64,000 bases of DNA from Brevundimonas sp. (GTDB lineage: Bacteria > Pseudomonadota > Alphaproteobacteria > Caulobacterales > Caulobacteraceae), in assembly GCF_003248455.1 (NCBI RefSeq), contig NZ_QFNM01000008.1:3586-67585 (forward strand). Direction: 5' to 3'. The notes beneath the pieces were generated by a model, which saw only the letters and a list, made by a program, of their open reading frames with translations, was not told the DNA's origin and ran no database searches. This document shows positions 1 to 8,901 of this stretch, piece by piece (within the stretch, counting starts at the first letter, position 1; every line of letters begins with the position of its first letter). Both the position numbers and the translations under genes were made by a program.

Positions 1-277
1 TCGGGGCCTTTAGGTTACCGGGAATGCCGCAGGAGAAGTAAGGTCGCTAGGCTCTAGAACTTCTGTTCCACACCGGCTTCGCCGGCCCTACCATCTGACC
101 CGCACATCAGTGATCCGACTTGGCCGTATCCAGCGCGTGTCCGAAGTGCCGGGCCAATGCGAACCCAATGGTGGCGAGCATTTTCAGTGTTCAAAAGCTC
201 CGATGACGGCTGGACGCTATCAGGTTTGCAACCCGTCGCGCCGTCAAAGGGCTATCCTATCAGCCGCAGCGTATCGG

Positions 278-550
278 TCAGCTTTGACGGGGCTTTCTGC
301 CGGCAGCCAGAGGCTTGATAGCGCCGTGACCCTCGGGTGGAACTGTCAGGAAATCACCGGTCGCAACCCCAAGCACGGAAGCGAGTTTGTCGAGCATATC
401 GACGCTGGCGTTACCCAATTCACGCTCAAGTTCGCTGACGTATGCGCGATCAACGCCTGCATCCGCAGCTAGACGTTCCTGCGAAACGCCGCGCTCGGTC
501 CTAAGCCGCCTTAAATTCCATGCGACCAGCGCGCGCCCATTCATGAGCAA
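278..550 (-). CDS. XRE/Cro-C1 family helix-turn-helix transcriptional regulator
   Basis: 90-aa ORF with a typical HTH_XRE core: LRRLRTERGVSQERLAADAGVDRAYVSELERE. Confidence 0.8.
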   Translation of the reverse strand: MLMNGRALVAWNLRRLRTERGVSQERLAADAGVDRAYVSELERELGNASVDMLDKLASVLGVATGDFLTVPPEGHGAIKPLAAGRKPRQS

Positions 551-615
551 TAAGCGCCAGATTCAACCTCCGTTAAACCACGGGGTATAGCCTACAGATT
601 AAATCCAGGAGGCGC

Positions 616-1368
616 TTGGTGGCTCACTCGAAATCGGCATCAATTCTGACGATCGGCGCCTTCATCGCCCTTGCATCGCCAGCCTCCGCCCAAGCGAATC
701 TCCGAGAAGTTTTGGCTACCCGCCCGTCTGAGGCGCAGAGGCAGATGGTCGAGCAGGTCATCAATATCCAGACAGGTGGAGAACGTTCATCGATCTCCGG
801 GCTCTGGGGTTATGCCCTCGGCGACTCCGCGATCCTCTACTGCGGGTTCCGGTCTGATGCAGCCTATCGCACGACGGGCTTCACGATCGTCATGAATGGC
901 GTGGACCGGGACACGGCAGTTTTCAACATGGGGGAGGCTGCGATGCGCGATGTTGGCTGCGCCCGCCCCGGCTATCGAGCGATCACCGGCGCTCTTCTTC
1001 CAAACGATCCGCTCGGTGGTGTGTGGCTCGATCCAGCGCGAGAACGCATCGAAAGCAACGCTTACAGACCTATAGTCTTCCCCATCGCGCAGGCCAATGA
1101 ACCGGACTGCATGGCGGGGCGAGCGCTGGCGTATGAGGCAATGATACTAGGCAACACGTCAGCGCTTGACGGCTTCACGCCAGCGCAGATGAACGACAAA
1201 ACCAAATTGTTTGGCCTATGCTTTCAAGCTTCCGGTCAGGAGTTCACACAAGTCCGGCTCGGCCAGATCGTGGCGGATGCCGACGCGCGGATGGCGCCGT
1301 TCCGGGCTCGCGCCTACCTAGCTCAAGCATCTATCTATCTGAGCCGCCTGCGGGCTGGGGGATACTGA
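616..1368 (+). CDS. Hypothetical secreted protein
   Basis: 250-aa ORF with AGGAGG at 606-611. The start is TTG 616 or GTG 619. N-terminal signal peptide ILTIGAFIALASPASAQA. No recognisable catalytic motif. Confidence 0.6.
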   Translation: MVAHSKSASILTIGAFIALASPASAQANLREVLATRPSEAQRQMVEQVINIQTGGERSSISGLWGYALGDSAILYCGFRSDAAYRTTGFTIVMNGVDRDTAVFNMGEAAMRDVGCARPGYRAITGALLPNDPLGGVWLDPARERIESNAYRPIVFPIAQANEPDCMAGRALAYEAMILGNTSALDGFTPAQMNDKTKLFGLCFQASGQEFTQVRLGQIVADADARMAPFRARAYLAQASIYLSRLRAGGY

Positions 1369-1454
1369 ATGATGCCGCGTTAGGGCGATGAGCTTAGACA
1401 TTTTGCAGAGTTCAGTGATTCACCGAGGCGCCTGGAGTCGGAGATTTCGAGGGA

Positions 1455-1495
1455 TGGGGGCGGGGGGCTTGGGTCCCCCCCCCCGAAATTTTTTC
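1455..1495 (+). terminator. Intrinsic terminator-like hairpin between convergent genes
   Basis: A G-run/C-run hairpin (GGGGGCGGGGGG..CCCCCCCCCC, C10 tract at 1475-1484) is followed by T6 at 1489-1494. Confidence 0.55.
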
Positions 1496-1499
1496 AGCG

Positions 1500-2081
1500 T
1501 CAGTGGGAGGCTGCCTCCACCCGTTGGATCGCTGACCGGCTGACGCCGTATTGCTTCGCCAAGATGCCGAGGGACACGTTCGCTTTACGCTGATTCAGGA
1601 TCTCGGCCTTCTGGTCCTCTGTGAGGGAGGGCTTGCGGCCTAGGGTCTTCCCCTCTGCCTTTGCTCTGCTCAGTCCCGCGCTCGTTCTCTCAATGAGAAG
1701 GTCACGCTCAAACTCTGCCACAGCGGCGATGACCCCCATCGTCATCTTGCCGGCCGCGCTTGTCAGATCAGCTTGTCCAAGGGCGAGGCAGATCACCCGG
1801 ACATTCATCGCAGTGAAGGTTTCGACGGTTGACCGGACGTCCATTGCGTTCCGGCCGAGGCGATCCAGCTTGGTGACCACGACCACGTCACCAGTCTCAA
1901 GCTTGTCCATTAGCTTGACGAAACCCTTTCGTTGAATGGCGGGGACCGAGCCTGACACGGTCTCCTGGACCACGCGCTGAGGCTCGATCGAGAAGCCCGC
2001 GTTTCGGATCTCAAGGACTTGGTTTTCGGTGTTCTGGTCCGCTTTACTGCAACGACAGTAGGCGTATGTGCGCGATGACAT
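1500..2081 (-). CDS. Small serine recombinase (resolvase/invertase family)
   Basis: The N-terminus YAYCRCSKADQ matches the YARVS-type catalytic Ser motif. DRLGRN motif and a C-terminal HTH (GILAKQYGVSRSAIQRV) are present. Start chosen at MSSRTY (2081), which puts the Ser at about position 12; the ORF is open to 2108. Confidence 0.85.
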   Translation of the reverse strand: MSSRTYAYCRCSKADQNTENQVLEIRNAGFSIEPQRVVQETVSGSVPAIQRKGFVKLMDKLETGDVVVVTKLDRLGRNAMDVRSTVETFTAMNVRVICLALGQADLTSAAGKMTMGVIAAVAEFERDLLIERTSAGLSRAKAEGKTLGRKPSLTEDQKAEILNQRKANVSLGILAKQYGVSRSAIQRVEAASH

Positions 2082-2090
2082 GATCGCTCC

Positions 2091-2195
2091 TGTATCGATG
2101 ACGCGCATCGAAATATGGGGTGTATCGAATTTATATCAAGTCATATTTTCAATACAGGCTTGAGGACCGTATCGGAATCCTCCGATTTCGATACG
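2091..2195. promoter_or_regulatory. res-like recombinase binding region (three sub-sites of GTATCGAA-type half sites)
   Basis: Half sites: TGTATCGAT at 2091-2099. TGTATCGAA at 2121-2129 is paired with inverted TTCAATACA at 2148-2156 (36-bp unit). CGTATCGGA at 2168-2176 is paired with inverted TTCGATACG at 2187-2195 (28-bp unit). The region lies immediately upstream of the recombinase gene, as res lies upstream of tnpR in Tn3/gamma-delta. Confidence 0.45.
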
Positions 2196-2290
2196 CAGCG
2201 TGGCATGCCCGCTGGCGGAGGAAAGCCGTCGATCGCAACCCCATCGCTTTGAGTTTTGGTTTCGCGAGCGGGTTGCCATGTTTCCTAAAA

Positions 2291-3151
2291 TCACCACCGC
2301 TCTGGTTCTGGCTCTAGGTAGTCTTGTTCCCATAGTCCAAGGTCGAGCCGGTGGATGACGTCTTCAAAGTCCGTTGGCGTGAGGGTGTTCGCGGTGAACT
2401 GGAGCTCGAACTTGAAGTTCTCATCCTGCTGGTGGCCGTCACCGCGTCGCACGTCGGAGTTTGATCCCCACTGCAAACCTACCGACACAGAGCCCTCGAC
2501 CACAAAGCGGAGACGGTCGGGCGCTTGTTGGTGAACTGCCACATGGTCCACCCAAACGCTTTCGATGGAGTAGTGGCTGGCGATCTCGGCAATGGCGTCG
2601 ATGGTATCAAAAATGAAGGTGTTCAGAGCTTCGTCGTTGACCTCCTCTGCGAGCGCTTCGATCACTTCGCTCCGGGTGGCTTCGGCTGCGTCAATCATCG
2701 CAGCGAAAGCGTCGAACGATGAGCCCACAAGCGCCACCACTTCCGCCTCCTCGCCCACCTGAGTGGTTTCTCGAAAGTGCACACGCTTGCTGAGCTCAGT
2801 CAGCGCTGCTTTCGCTGTCTTAACAGGCTGATCGAGCTCGACTTGAAGCCGCTCAGCCACAAAGGTTGGGTCCAAACCTGCTCTAGCCCAGTAAGCTAGC
2901 CTCTGCGCTTGAGTGGGGCGGTTTTGACCATCCACCAGCTCAAAGCCAGGCGTCGCCATGACAGGCTCGTCTGGGGCAAACGCGTGGAGCGTCATGTAGG
3001 TGACCTCCCTCATAGCTACGGCGAAGAAGTTGCCGCGAAGGGGGCCTTGGGTCTGCGCTGAAGCCAGTGCCTGGTCGAGAGCGAGGCGCGAGAAGTCGTC
3101 CGGAAGGTGCGGCTTGATCTCATTGGCTTTGTGCGTGAGCTTGTCCCACAT
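2291..3151 (-). CDS. Hypothetical acidic protein, third gene of the Shedu-like operon
   Basis: 286-aa ORF. Its ATG lies 2 nt after the stop of the upstream 155-aa gene. No motif I can assign. Confidence 0.6.
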   Translation of the reverse strand: MWDKLTHKANEIKPHLPDDFSRLALDQALASAQTQGPLRGNFFAVAMREVTYMTLHAFAPDEPVMATPGFELVDGQNRPTQAQRLAYWARAGLDPTFVAERLQVELDQPVKTAKAALTELSKRVHFRETTQVGEEAEVVALVGSSFDAFAAMIDAAEATRSEVIEALAEEVNDEALNTFIFDTIDAIAEIASHYSIESVWVDHVAVHQQAPDRLRFVVEGSVSVGLQWGSNSDVRRGDGHQQDENFKFELQFTANTLTPTDFEDVIHRLDLGLWEQDYLEPEPERW

Positions 3152-3153
3152 CG

Positions 3154-3621
3154 CTATCTCGCCAAATCCTGTTTAGCGATGGCGACGATCTTTTGCTGGC
3201 TGCTGGCGATGGCACCATAGCCTTCGTCCAACTCCTCGAACATGCTGTTCCGGCGCTTGTGCAGCTCTCGCCATAGCGCGTCGATTTCATCTGTGACATG
3301 GGGATCAAGCAGCCATGCTTGACCTGCAATGCTGCGTCTCACGTCATCGCGCGCCTTCCGATAGCGCTCCTTTAAGACCGCCTGGCGGTCATCCGGCAAT
3401 TCGTGTCCGCTGATTTCCGCTTCAAAGTGTTCGCCATGCCAATCCAGCATGTCGTGCAAACCTTCGAACACTACGGTGTAGGCGGCGGCTTTCTTCTCCC
3501 ATGAGCGCTCGCGGAAGAACCTCTTGAGCGTGAGGCGCATCGTCAGAGACGCTGCAAGCCAAGCGCCACCCAGCGTGAGGATCGCTTGCACAGCGAGCTG
3601 GATAATCTGCGCTGTGGTCAT
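3154..3621 (-). CDS. Hypothetical single-pass membrane protein, second gene of the Shedu-like operon
   Basis: 155-aa ORF with an N-terminal TM helix (IIQLAVQAILTLGGAWLAASLTM) followed by a charged helical domain. Its start overlaps the upstream stop (ATGA at 3618-3621). Confidence 0.6.
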   Translation of the reverse strand: MTTAQIIQLAVQAILTLGGAWLAASLTMRLTLKRFFRERSWEKKAAAYTVVFEGLHDMLDWHGEHFEAEISGHELPDDRQAVLKERYRKARDDVRRSIAGQAWLLDPHVTDEIDALWRELHKRRNSMFEELDEGYGAIASSQQKIVAIAKQDLAR

Positions 3622-4694
3622 TCAGCTTGCCCACTGAGGTTTGTGACGATGAACCGTGCCCGACAGAGCAGTTCGTCGAACGTGAGGATTTCTGGCGAGC
3701 GCACGTTGCGCCGATAGAGCTCGAAGCAGGCGATCTTATCGTCATTACCCGCCATCTCTGAGGAATTTCCAACGACTAGAAAACTGCGGGGCTCCACTGA
3801 GTAAGCAAGGTCCGCCGTGTCGTTGCCCGCCGTGTCTTTTAGCACTTCTCGAAAGCGGCGGCGGGCGAAGTCGAAAGTGGTCTTCTGCACTTGCGTGACA
3901 GCGTTCGACACCTCGCTGCTTACCCCATAGCAACCGGGACGGTAGGGGTCCGCTGTCTGCCGAAGGAGGGCGGTGCTGTCCTTCTTGATCTCAACAAACA
4001 CGAACTGGCTGACTTGCGCTCGCGTCCTCATCAGCGCATCGGCAGTTTTCCCCGCGCGATCAAACTCGTTCCCTGTGGTCTTTGCCATCAGCGTGTCGGA
4101 CACTTTGCCCAACGCCACGTAGTGGAGCCCGTGCCCAAAAATCCACGGATTGGCTTCGAAGAACGCCTGCCAGTCGAGCTCAGTTTGCCCCTGTCCCATT
4201 CGCCGCTCAAATTCGTCCAGCGCCGCGCGTTTTGCCGCCACCGCGTAGATGTCCTGGTGGAGGTCAGGTGACTCCGCTAGCTGAGCGATTACCTCTCCCG
4301 CCTTGTTGGAGGTCAGGAGACTTGTGAGCGCCGCGAGACTCACGTTCTCCAGCGACACCTTTGTCTTCCGCGCATCGCCGAAATCGAGGGTGGCGATGAT
4401 GCCCAAGAAATCGCGGATTTGCGCCAGTTGGAAGTGGGTGACTTGGACCCGGCTATCCTCCCGCCAACCATAGGTTTTGTGGTGAGTGAGCTTGATGAGC
4501 GCAAAGGTGCCGAAGTCGGACTTGTCCTTCACCCAAAACGCTTTGACCGCCAATTTACAGCGGGACGTTACGTCGATCTCGCCGATGGGCTCTTCGCTTT
4601 CCCCGCAGATCGTCGCGTAGGAACCCTTGGCTCCGGGGTGAACATACAGTTGATCGGGGGTGTAGTTTGCCAAGTATTCCGCGTCGTCACTCAT
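3618..4694 (-). CDS. Shedu-like (DUF4263-type) PD-(D/E)xK nuclease, candidate anti-phage effector
   Basis: 358-aa ORF. The C-terminal half carries WQAFFEANPWIFGHG, then GKTADALM ... FVFVEIKKDS (a D...ExK nuclease core), then QVQKT. The N-terminal ~170 aa has no recognisable motif, consistent with the variable domain usual in Shedu. Confidence 0.65.
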   Translation of the reverse strand: MSDDAEYLANYTPDQLYVHPGAKGSYATICGESEEPIGEIDVTSRCKLAVKAFWVKDKSDFGTFALIKLTHHKTYGWREDSRVQVTHFQLAQIRDFLGIIATLDFGDARKTKVSLENVSLAALTSLLTSNKAGEVIAQLAESPDLHQDIYAVAAKRAALDEFERRMGQGQTELDWQAFFEANPWIFGHGLHYVALGKVSDTLMAKTTGNEFDRAGKTADALMRTRAQVSQFVFVEIKKDSTALLRQTADPYRPGCYGVSSEVSNAVTQVQKTTFDFARRRFREVLKDTAGNDTADLAYSVEPRSFLVVGNSSEMAGNDDKIACFELYRRNVRSPEILTFDELLCRARFIVTNLSGQAE

Positions 4695-5114
4695 GGCGGT
4701 AGCGTATCGCTGTTACCCTCGGCTTGGCTAGCGTCACTCAAGTGCGCTCAGTGGAGTTTTGTCCGCCGCCACGGATGTCCGCCAACCACCCATTGCTGAG
4801 CTTCGACATGTCAGGTTTTGGGCGGGGGGCGTGCCGCGTTGGTGCCGATGCCTGTCTTTAGTCTCGTCTAACCGATCGATTGGGATCGGTGTTGATGCGT
4901 GAGGACGCAGCCTCGATACCCGAGTTGCCCCTCCGCACGGAGGATGCGTTGCGTGAGCACGCGACATTTTGAATGTCGCCCCGAGCGCCACCTTAAATAT
5001 CGCAGTCTAGCGGATTGGGTGACCCTCGTGGGGGCCTCTGGCCTTTCCGCGCCGGACGCCAGTTGGAGTCGGCAGCCTGAGCCGGCGCGGCAATGCGACC
5101 TAAACCAGCTCTGG

Positions 5115-5251
5115 TTCTGCGTTCTGCGTTTCTGCGCGGGTTCAGGGGTAGATTTTCGGCCGAGAGAAGATTTTCAGGAGGATCTGAAAGTTCAGAAAAT
5201 GCCCTAAGACTCTCGACCTAACTCTCACTCGCAGAAACGCAGAAACGCAGA
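5115..5251. repeat. 21-22 bp inverted repeat made of 3+3 TCTGCG(T) iteron-like units flanking a ~93 bp AT-richer core
   Basis: The left arm TTCTGCGTTCTGCGTTTCTGCG (5115-5136) is the reverse complement of the right arm CGCAGAAACGCAGAAACGCAGA (5230-5251), apart from a 1-nt indel. The core contains GATTTTC twice and the palindrome TCTGAAAGTTCAGA. The repeat abuts the stop of the primase-helicase gene. Confidence 0.8.
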
Positions 5252-8200
5252 TTAGGCCGCCAGCGGCAGCATCACGTCGTCGCCCTCGACCGCGCTGGCG
5301 CGGATCACCACCGACGAGACCTTGCCCAAGCCGGGCACGTAGTCGAACGCCGTGCGCTCCTCGCCGTCCGCCCGCCTGTAGGTGATGAGATGGCCACGGG
5401 CACGCAGTTGTCCCGCCAACGCCTTGGGGTTCAACGCGCCGCCGGAGAGCTCTTTTAGCGACGACATAGGCACGACGTAGGCATCCTCACCGAACTTGGT
5501 CAGGTGCGCATCCAGACGCCATGCGTCGGCCTTCCCGAAGCCACCGGAGACATCGTCCGGGACGCGTCCACCTCGGCCCCGCAGAAGGGTCTCGAACAGC
5601 GTTTGGATGGTGACGTCTTCGGAGTTGGCTGGCGTCAGCGACGACTCCTGCGCACGACGCCAGAACTCGGCAATCGTCTCGTCCAGAGACTGGCCGAGAC
5701 CGAGGTCATTGTCCGAGGGGATCAGTCCGGCGGTCTGTGCGATCTTACCGGCGAACCAGAGAAGGGCGGCGATCCGGGCTGCCCGAACCACTGCGGGCGG
5801 CGCGCCGTCACCGGCGATCTCGACGGCCTTGTGCTCCACATCCTGCCAGAACTCATCCCGCTCCCTGTTCAGGCCCTGCGCAATGACGCTGGACACGAAT
5901 GCGAGCCCGGCGTGCCCGGTGTTTTGGAAGGCGGCCTCGATTCCGTCCATCGTCTCGCGGGGAAGCGGGCTCGTCGCCTCGCAGTCGATCTCGACAACGC
6001 GGGCGCCCAGACCAGTGGTGGCGGCGACCCCGGCCGAGCGGATTTTGCCCATGATCTCGTGCTCGCCGGTCAACGTATACATCCCGCGCCATGTCCTCGC
6101 TTTGCGCAAGGATGCGGAGCGCGTCAGACGGTCGTTGCCGGCGTTGCCGGAGCCTTTGTAGATCATGAGTTGGAGCTTTCCACCGTCCACGAGGTTCGTC
6201 TCGTCGAACGCGTAGCCGGCGCCGGTGCCCATGGCGAACCTGGCCTCCACGGCGTTGTCGGTTCCGTTCAGAGGGCCATAGAGGCCCGCACGCGCCTTGG
6301 TGCTTCCCCAGACCGCAGCTTGCAGTTTCGCCGAGGTGGACTTGCCACGGCTCGTCCGGGAGCTCCACGCCACGAAGAAGCTGTCCTGACCGCACATGTC
6401 CACCAAAACGCTGGCGAAGCTGATCAGAGGCGCGACGCGAAACTGAAGGACGTCGGTTCCCCAAGCGGCCGCCGTTGCGGCCGTCCAGCCGTCGAGGGTG
6501 CCGCACTGCTCCTCGCCGGAAGGCATGGACTCATGGGCCATTTCGACCGGACGGTTCACGCCCTTCGGCGTCGATCCCCAGGGGCTCAGGAACAGTCCTT
6601 CGTCACGCCACCCGCCGTGGTCGAAGATGGCGATTGGGCTGCTCGGCGCGATCTCACGGGCCAGCCGGACGCACTGTGCTTCGCCGGCCTCCGTCATCCC
6701 GACGCCGGCTTCCCGGAGCCGCATGCGGAATTCGCCGCCGAAGGCGCTGAAGATGTCCCTCGCCGACACGTCGAACTGCGAGGTGTTTCCATCCTCGTCC
6801 AGCGCGGCGATCCTCAGGCCTCGCTTGCCAGCCTGATCCACATGCTGGGTGCCGGCCACGATCGTCCACGGCGTCCACAAGCGCACTGGGCCGTCGCCCC
6901 GGTCCAGGTAGACCCACGGGCGTCCATCGAACTGCCTCATGCTGAAGTCGCCGTGCGAGGGCGAGGGGAGGGGAAACTGCCCCTGCAAGCGGGTCGCTTC
7001 GGTTGCCGAGATCGGCGCCGTGGCGGGTTCGGCGGAGGGCGTCATTTCCCTCCGGACGCGTTTCTCGATCAGCTTGAAGTCGGCGGCGGCGACCTGAGCC
7101 TGCTGCCGCGCCTCCTTCAGCGCACGAGCCTTCTCCAGTTCCCCGAGGTCTGTGCACAGGATGTTGCGGATCGCGGTCTCCACCATCTCGGTGGAGGCCT
7201 CTCTGGTCAGCGGGATAGGCGGCATCGGTGCGGAGGTCTCGATCAGGGCGTTGAAGTCGTCATCCATCAGCACGGCGGCGGGGAACCACTGCGCGTCTAT
7301 CATCGCCCCCAGGTGGTCGAGGCTGGTGAGATCAGCGCAAGAATGATGCTGGCAGCGGATGGCGAACCTCGACGTTTTGGAGCCGTCCCCAGCATTCATG
7401 GCCAGACAGGCCATATCGTTAGCGTCGCCGGGGTTGCTATGGCGGTGGTCGTGAGGGCACTCGATGACGAGCCCCAAGCCTATGCGATCGCGAACCCGTT
7501 CGGGGGCGAACTCTTCGATCACGTCGGCCATTTGAAAGCCCTCAGCCTTGGCCTTCGCCCAGGACGACAGAACCTTCCCAGCGGTGGTCGTCGGGCTGTT
7601 TGTCGCGCGCAGGCCACCGTTCGGGCCGGAGGGCAGCAGCGTGCGCCAGTCGAGAAGATCGCCACCGACGACGATGGACTCGAACGCCGCACCCGGCGCG
7701 TGGGAGGGCAGGTAAAAGCCGCGAGCGACGTCTTCAGCCGCTCGATCGTGCATCACCGCCAAGATCTCTGACATCGCGCGGGGAAGCGCCGGATATGCAT
7801 TGATGCCGTCACGTTGCAGCGCCCCCTGTTCAGCAAGGACGAAGCGCTCCTTGAACGGGAACAGCACGCGGAACTTCGACACCGGCGAGTGGCTCACGAT
7901 CAGGGTTGGGCCAGCGGTTTCGTCGGCCTTGGCGGTGATCTGTGCGGTCGTCGCCACTTCCTCGACCATTGAGCGCGCGAGGTAGGCCTGGACGAGGCCA
8001 TCAGTGATCTCTTCGGAGCGGCCGTTCGCGATTGCCCATTGAACCAGAGCATCGCAGAGCACTTTCCGGCTGGTGGAGCCGTGACTGTGAGTGGTGTGGA
8101 TCACCGCCATGTGGCCGGATGCGATCACGCGCTCCACGAGGGCGTCCCGACCCACTCCCGAGTCGATGTCTAGGGCGAGGAAACTGAGCGATTTGACGGC

Positions 8201-8425
8201 AGTTGCGCGACGCGGACCTTCCACACAGTCGCCCAAAACAACGGCGTGCCCGTTCTTGTGGGCCATCTCCTTGTGGTCGGTGAACATACGGATGGCGGCG
8301 CCCAGCGTCGTATCGATCGGCTTCCAGCGGGTGCTGTTGACGCCGTTGGCGCGGGTGATGGTGATGGGCATGTTGAGCCGAGGATCGGCTTCGTCGAAGC
8401 CGTTCAGCACCGTGATTTTGGACAT
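5252..8425 (-). CDS. Bifunctional primase-polymerase (AEP-like) / SF3-type helicase replication protein (DUF927-like)
   Basis: 1057-aa ORF. N-terminal acidic motif LALDIDSG and VIHTTHSHG. Cys/His cluster CPHDHRH...CQHHSC. Walker A SSRTSRGKST and Walker B YAFDE. The architecture resembles P4-alpha-like replication proteins of integrative elements. Confidence 0.7.
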   Translation of the reverse strand: MSKITVLNGFDEADPRLNMPITITRANGVNSTRWKPIDTTLGAAIRMFTDHKEMAHKNGHAVVLGDCVEGPRRATAVKSLSFLALDIDSGVGRDALVERVIASGHMAVIHTTHSHGSTSRKVLCDALVQWAIANGRSEEITDGLVQAYLARSMVEEVATTAQITAKADETAGPTLIVSHSPVSKFRVLFPFKERFVLAEQGALQRDGINAYPALPRAMSEILAVMHDRAAEDVARGFYLPSHAPGAAFESIVVGGDLLDWRTLLPSGPNGGLRATNSPTTTAGKVLSSWAKAKAEGFQMADVIEEFAPERVRDRIGLGLVIECPHDHRHSNPGDANDMACLAMNAGDGSKTSRFAIRCQHHSCADLTSLDHLGAMIDAQWFPAAVLMDDDFNALIETSAPMPPIPLTREASTEMVETAIRNILCTDLGELEKARALKEARQQAQVAAADFKLIEKRVRREMTPSAEPATAPISATEATRLQGQFPLPSPSHGDFSMRQFDGRPWVYLDRGDGPVRLWTPWTIVAGTQHVDQAGKRGLRIAALDEDGNTSQFDVSARDIFSAFGGEFRMRLREAGVGMTEAGEAQCVRLAREIAPSSPIAIFDHGGWRDEGLFLSPWGSTPKGVNRPVEMAHESMPSGEEQCGTLDGWTAATAAAWGTDVLQFRVAPLISFASVLVDMCGQDSFFVAWSSRTSRGKSTSAKLQAAVWGSTKARAGLYGPLNGTDNAVEARFAMGTGAGYAFDETNLVDGGKLQLMIYKGSGNAGNDRLTRSASLRKARTWRGMYTLTGEHEIMGKIRSAGVAATTGLGARVVEIDCEATSPLPRETMDGIEAAFQNTGHAGLAFVSSVIAQGLNRERDEFWQDVEHKAVEIAGDGAPPAVVRAARIAALLWFAGKIAQTAGLIPSDNDLGLGQSLDETIAEFWRRAQESSLTPANSEDVTIQTLFETLLRGRGGRVPDDVSGGFGKADAWRLDAHLTKFGEDAYVVPMSSLKELSGGALNPKALAGQLRARGHLITYRRADGEERTAFDYVPGLGKVSSVVIRASAVEGDDVMLPLAA

Positions 8426-8496
8426 GGGGGAGCCTTTTCCGACACCGCTGTCTCAGTGCCGATAATGTTGTAGACGATGGTTGTAGGGGTAGTGGG

Positions 8497-8901
8497 CTAG
8501 AGGCTCAGCAGAGCGTTCGTGACCTTGTCGATGACGAGGTCAAGGATGAGCGCGCCGGCGTGCGGCACTGTTAGGGGAATTATGGTGCCGTCGATCTTCA
8601 CGGCCTTACGGGTGAAGCGCACGGGGATCGCGACGGTCGGAGGAGCTTCTTTCATAACCAGGATCGCGGTGGTGATCCGGTTTTTGCCTTCGTCACGGGT
8701 GATGAACCATTGCGGGTTCGTTTCACGGGCTGCTTCGGCGATCCCATCGACAAAGGCTTGAAATCTTCTCGGCGAAGCGATGGCCGTATGCACAGGCCAG
8801 TCGCCGAGCGGATGGTCGAAGCATCGCTCATCGGCCATAAGGAGAGCAGCAGTTCGGAAGTTTTCGCTAAGCGCGGCGTATTGAGCAGCCTTCTGGGTCA
8901 T
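8497..8901 (-). CDS. Hypothetical protein
   Basis: 134-aa ORF. Its start overlaps the stop of the upstream AlpA-like gene (TGATG). Confidence 0.5.
   Translation of the reverse strand: MTQKAAQYAALSENFRTAALLMADERCFDHPLGDWPVHTAIASPRRFQAFVDGIAEAARETNPQWFITRDEGKNRITTAILVMKEAPPTVAIPVRFTRKAVKIDGTIIPLTVPHAGALILDLVIDKVTNALLSL

Noticed and set aside
107-181. A 24-codon minus-strand ORF (MLATIGFALARHFGHALDTAKSDH) downstream of the XRE gene, as a possible toxin or antitoxin partner.
   Set aside because: It is too short, has no RBS or motif, and is not coupled to the XRE stop. It is likely a chance ORF or a gene remnant.
110-472. A 120-aa plus-strand ORF.
   Set aside because: It is antisense to the XRE regulator, which has a clear HTH motif. 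Its translation is unremarkable and Arg/Ser-rich.
1475-1484. The C10 homopolymer as a phase-variation switch.
   Set aside because: It lies in the intergenic hairpin between two convergent genes, not in a coding region or promoter spacer. It is best explained as part of a terminator stem.
4695-4705. GGCGGTAGCGT, an exact match to the E. coli RfaH ops element. This is interesting given the NusG paralogue on the island.
   Set aside because: It is on the plus strand, directly abutting the start of the minus-strand Shedu-like gene, so it is not in the non-template strand of any plausible transcript. A match to the ~9 specified bases is expected by chance in 128 kb of two-strand sequence. There is no evidence that this paralogue uses an ops-type site.
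5115-5251. I considered whether the TCTGCG repeats could be a mini CRISPR array or a MITE.
   Set aside because: The units are 7-8 nt with no spacers and are arranged as two inverted arms. There are no cas genes, and no other copy of the arms was noticed elsewhere in the window. It is kept as an iteron/hairpin finding instead.
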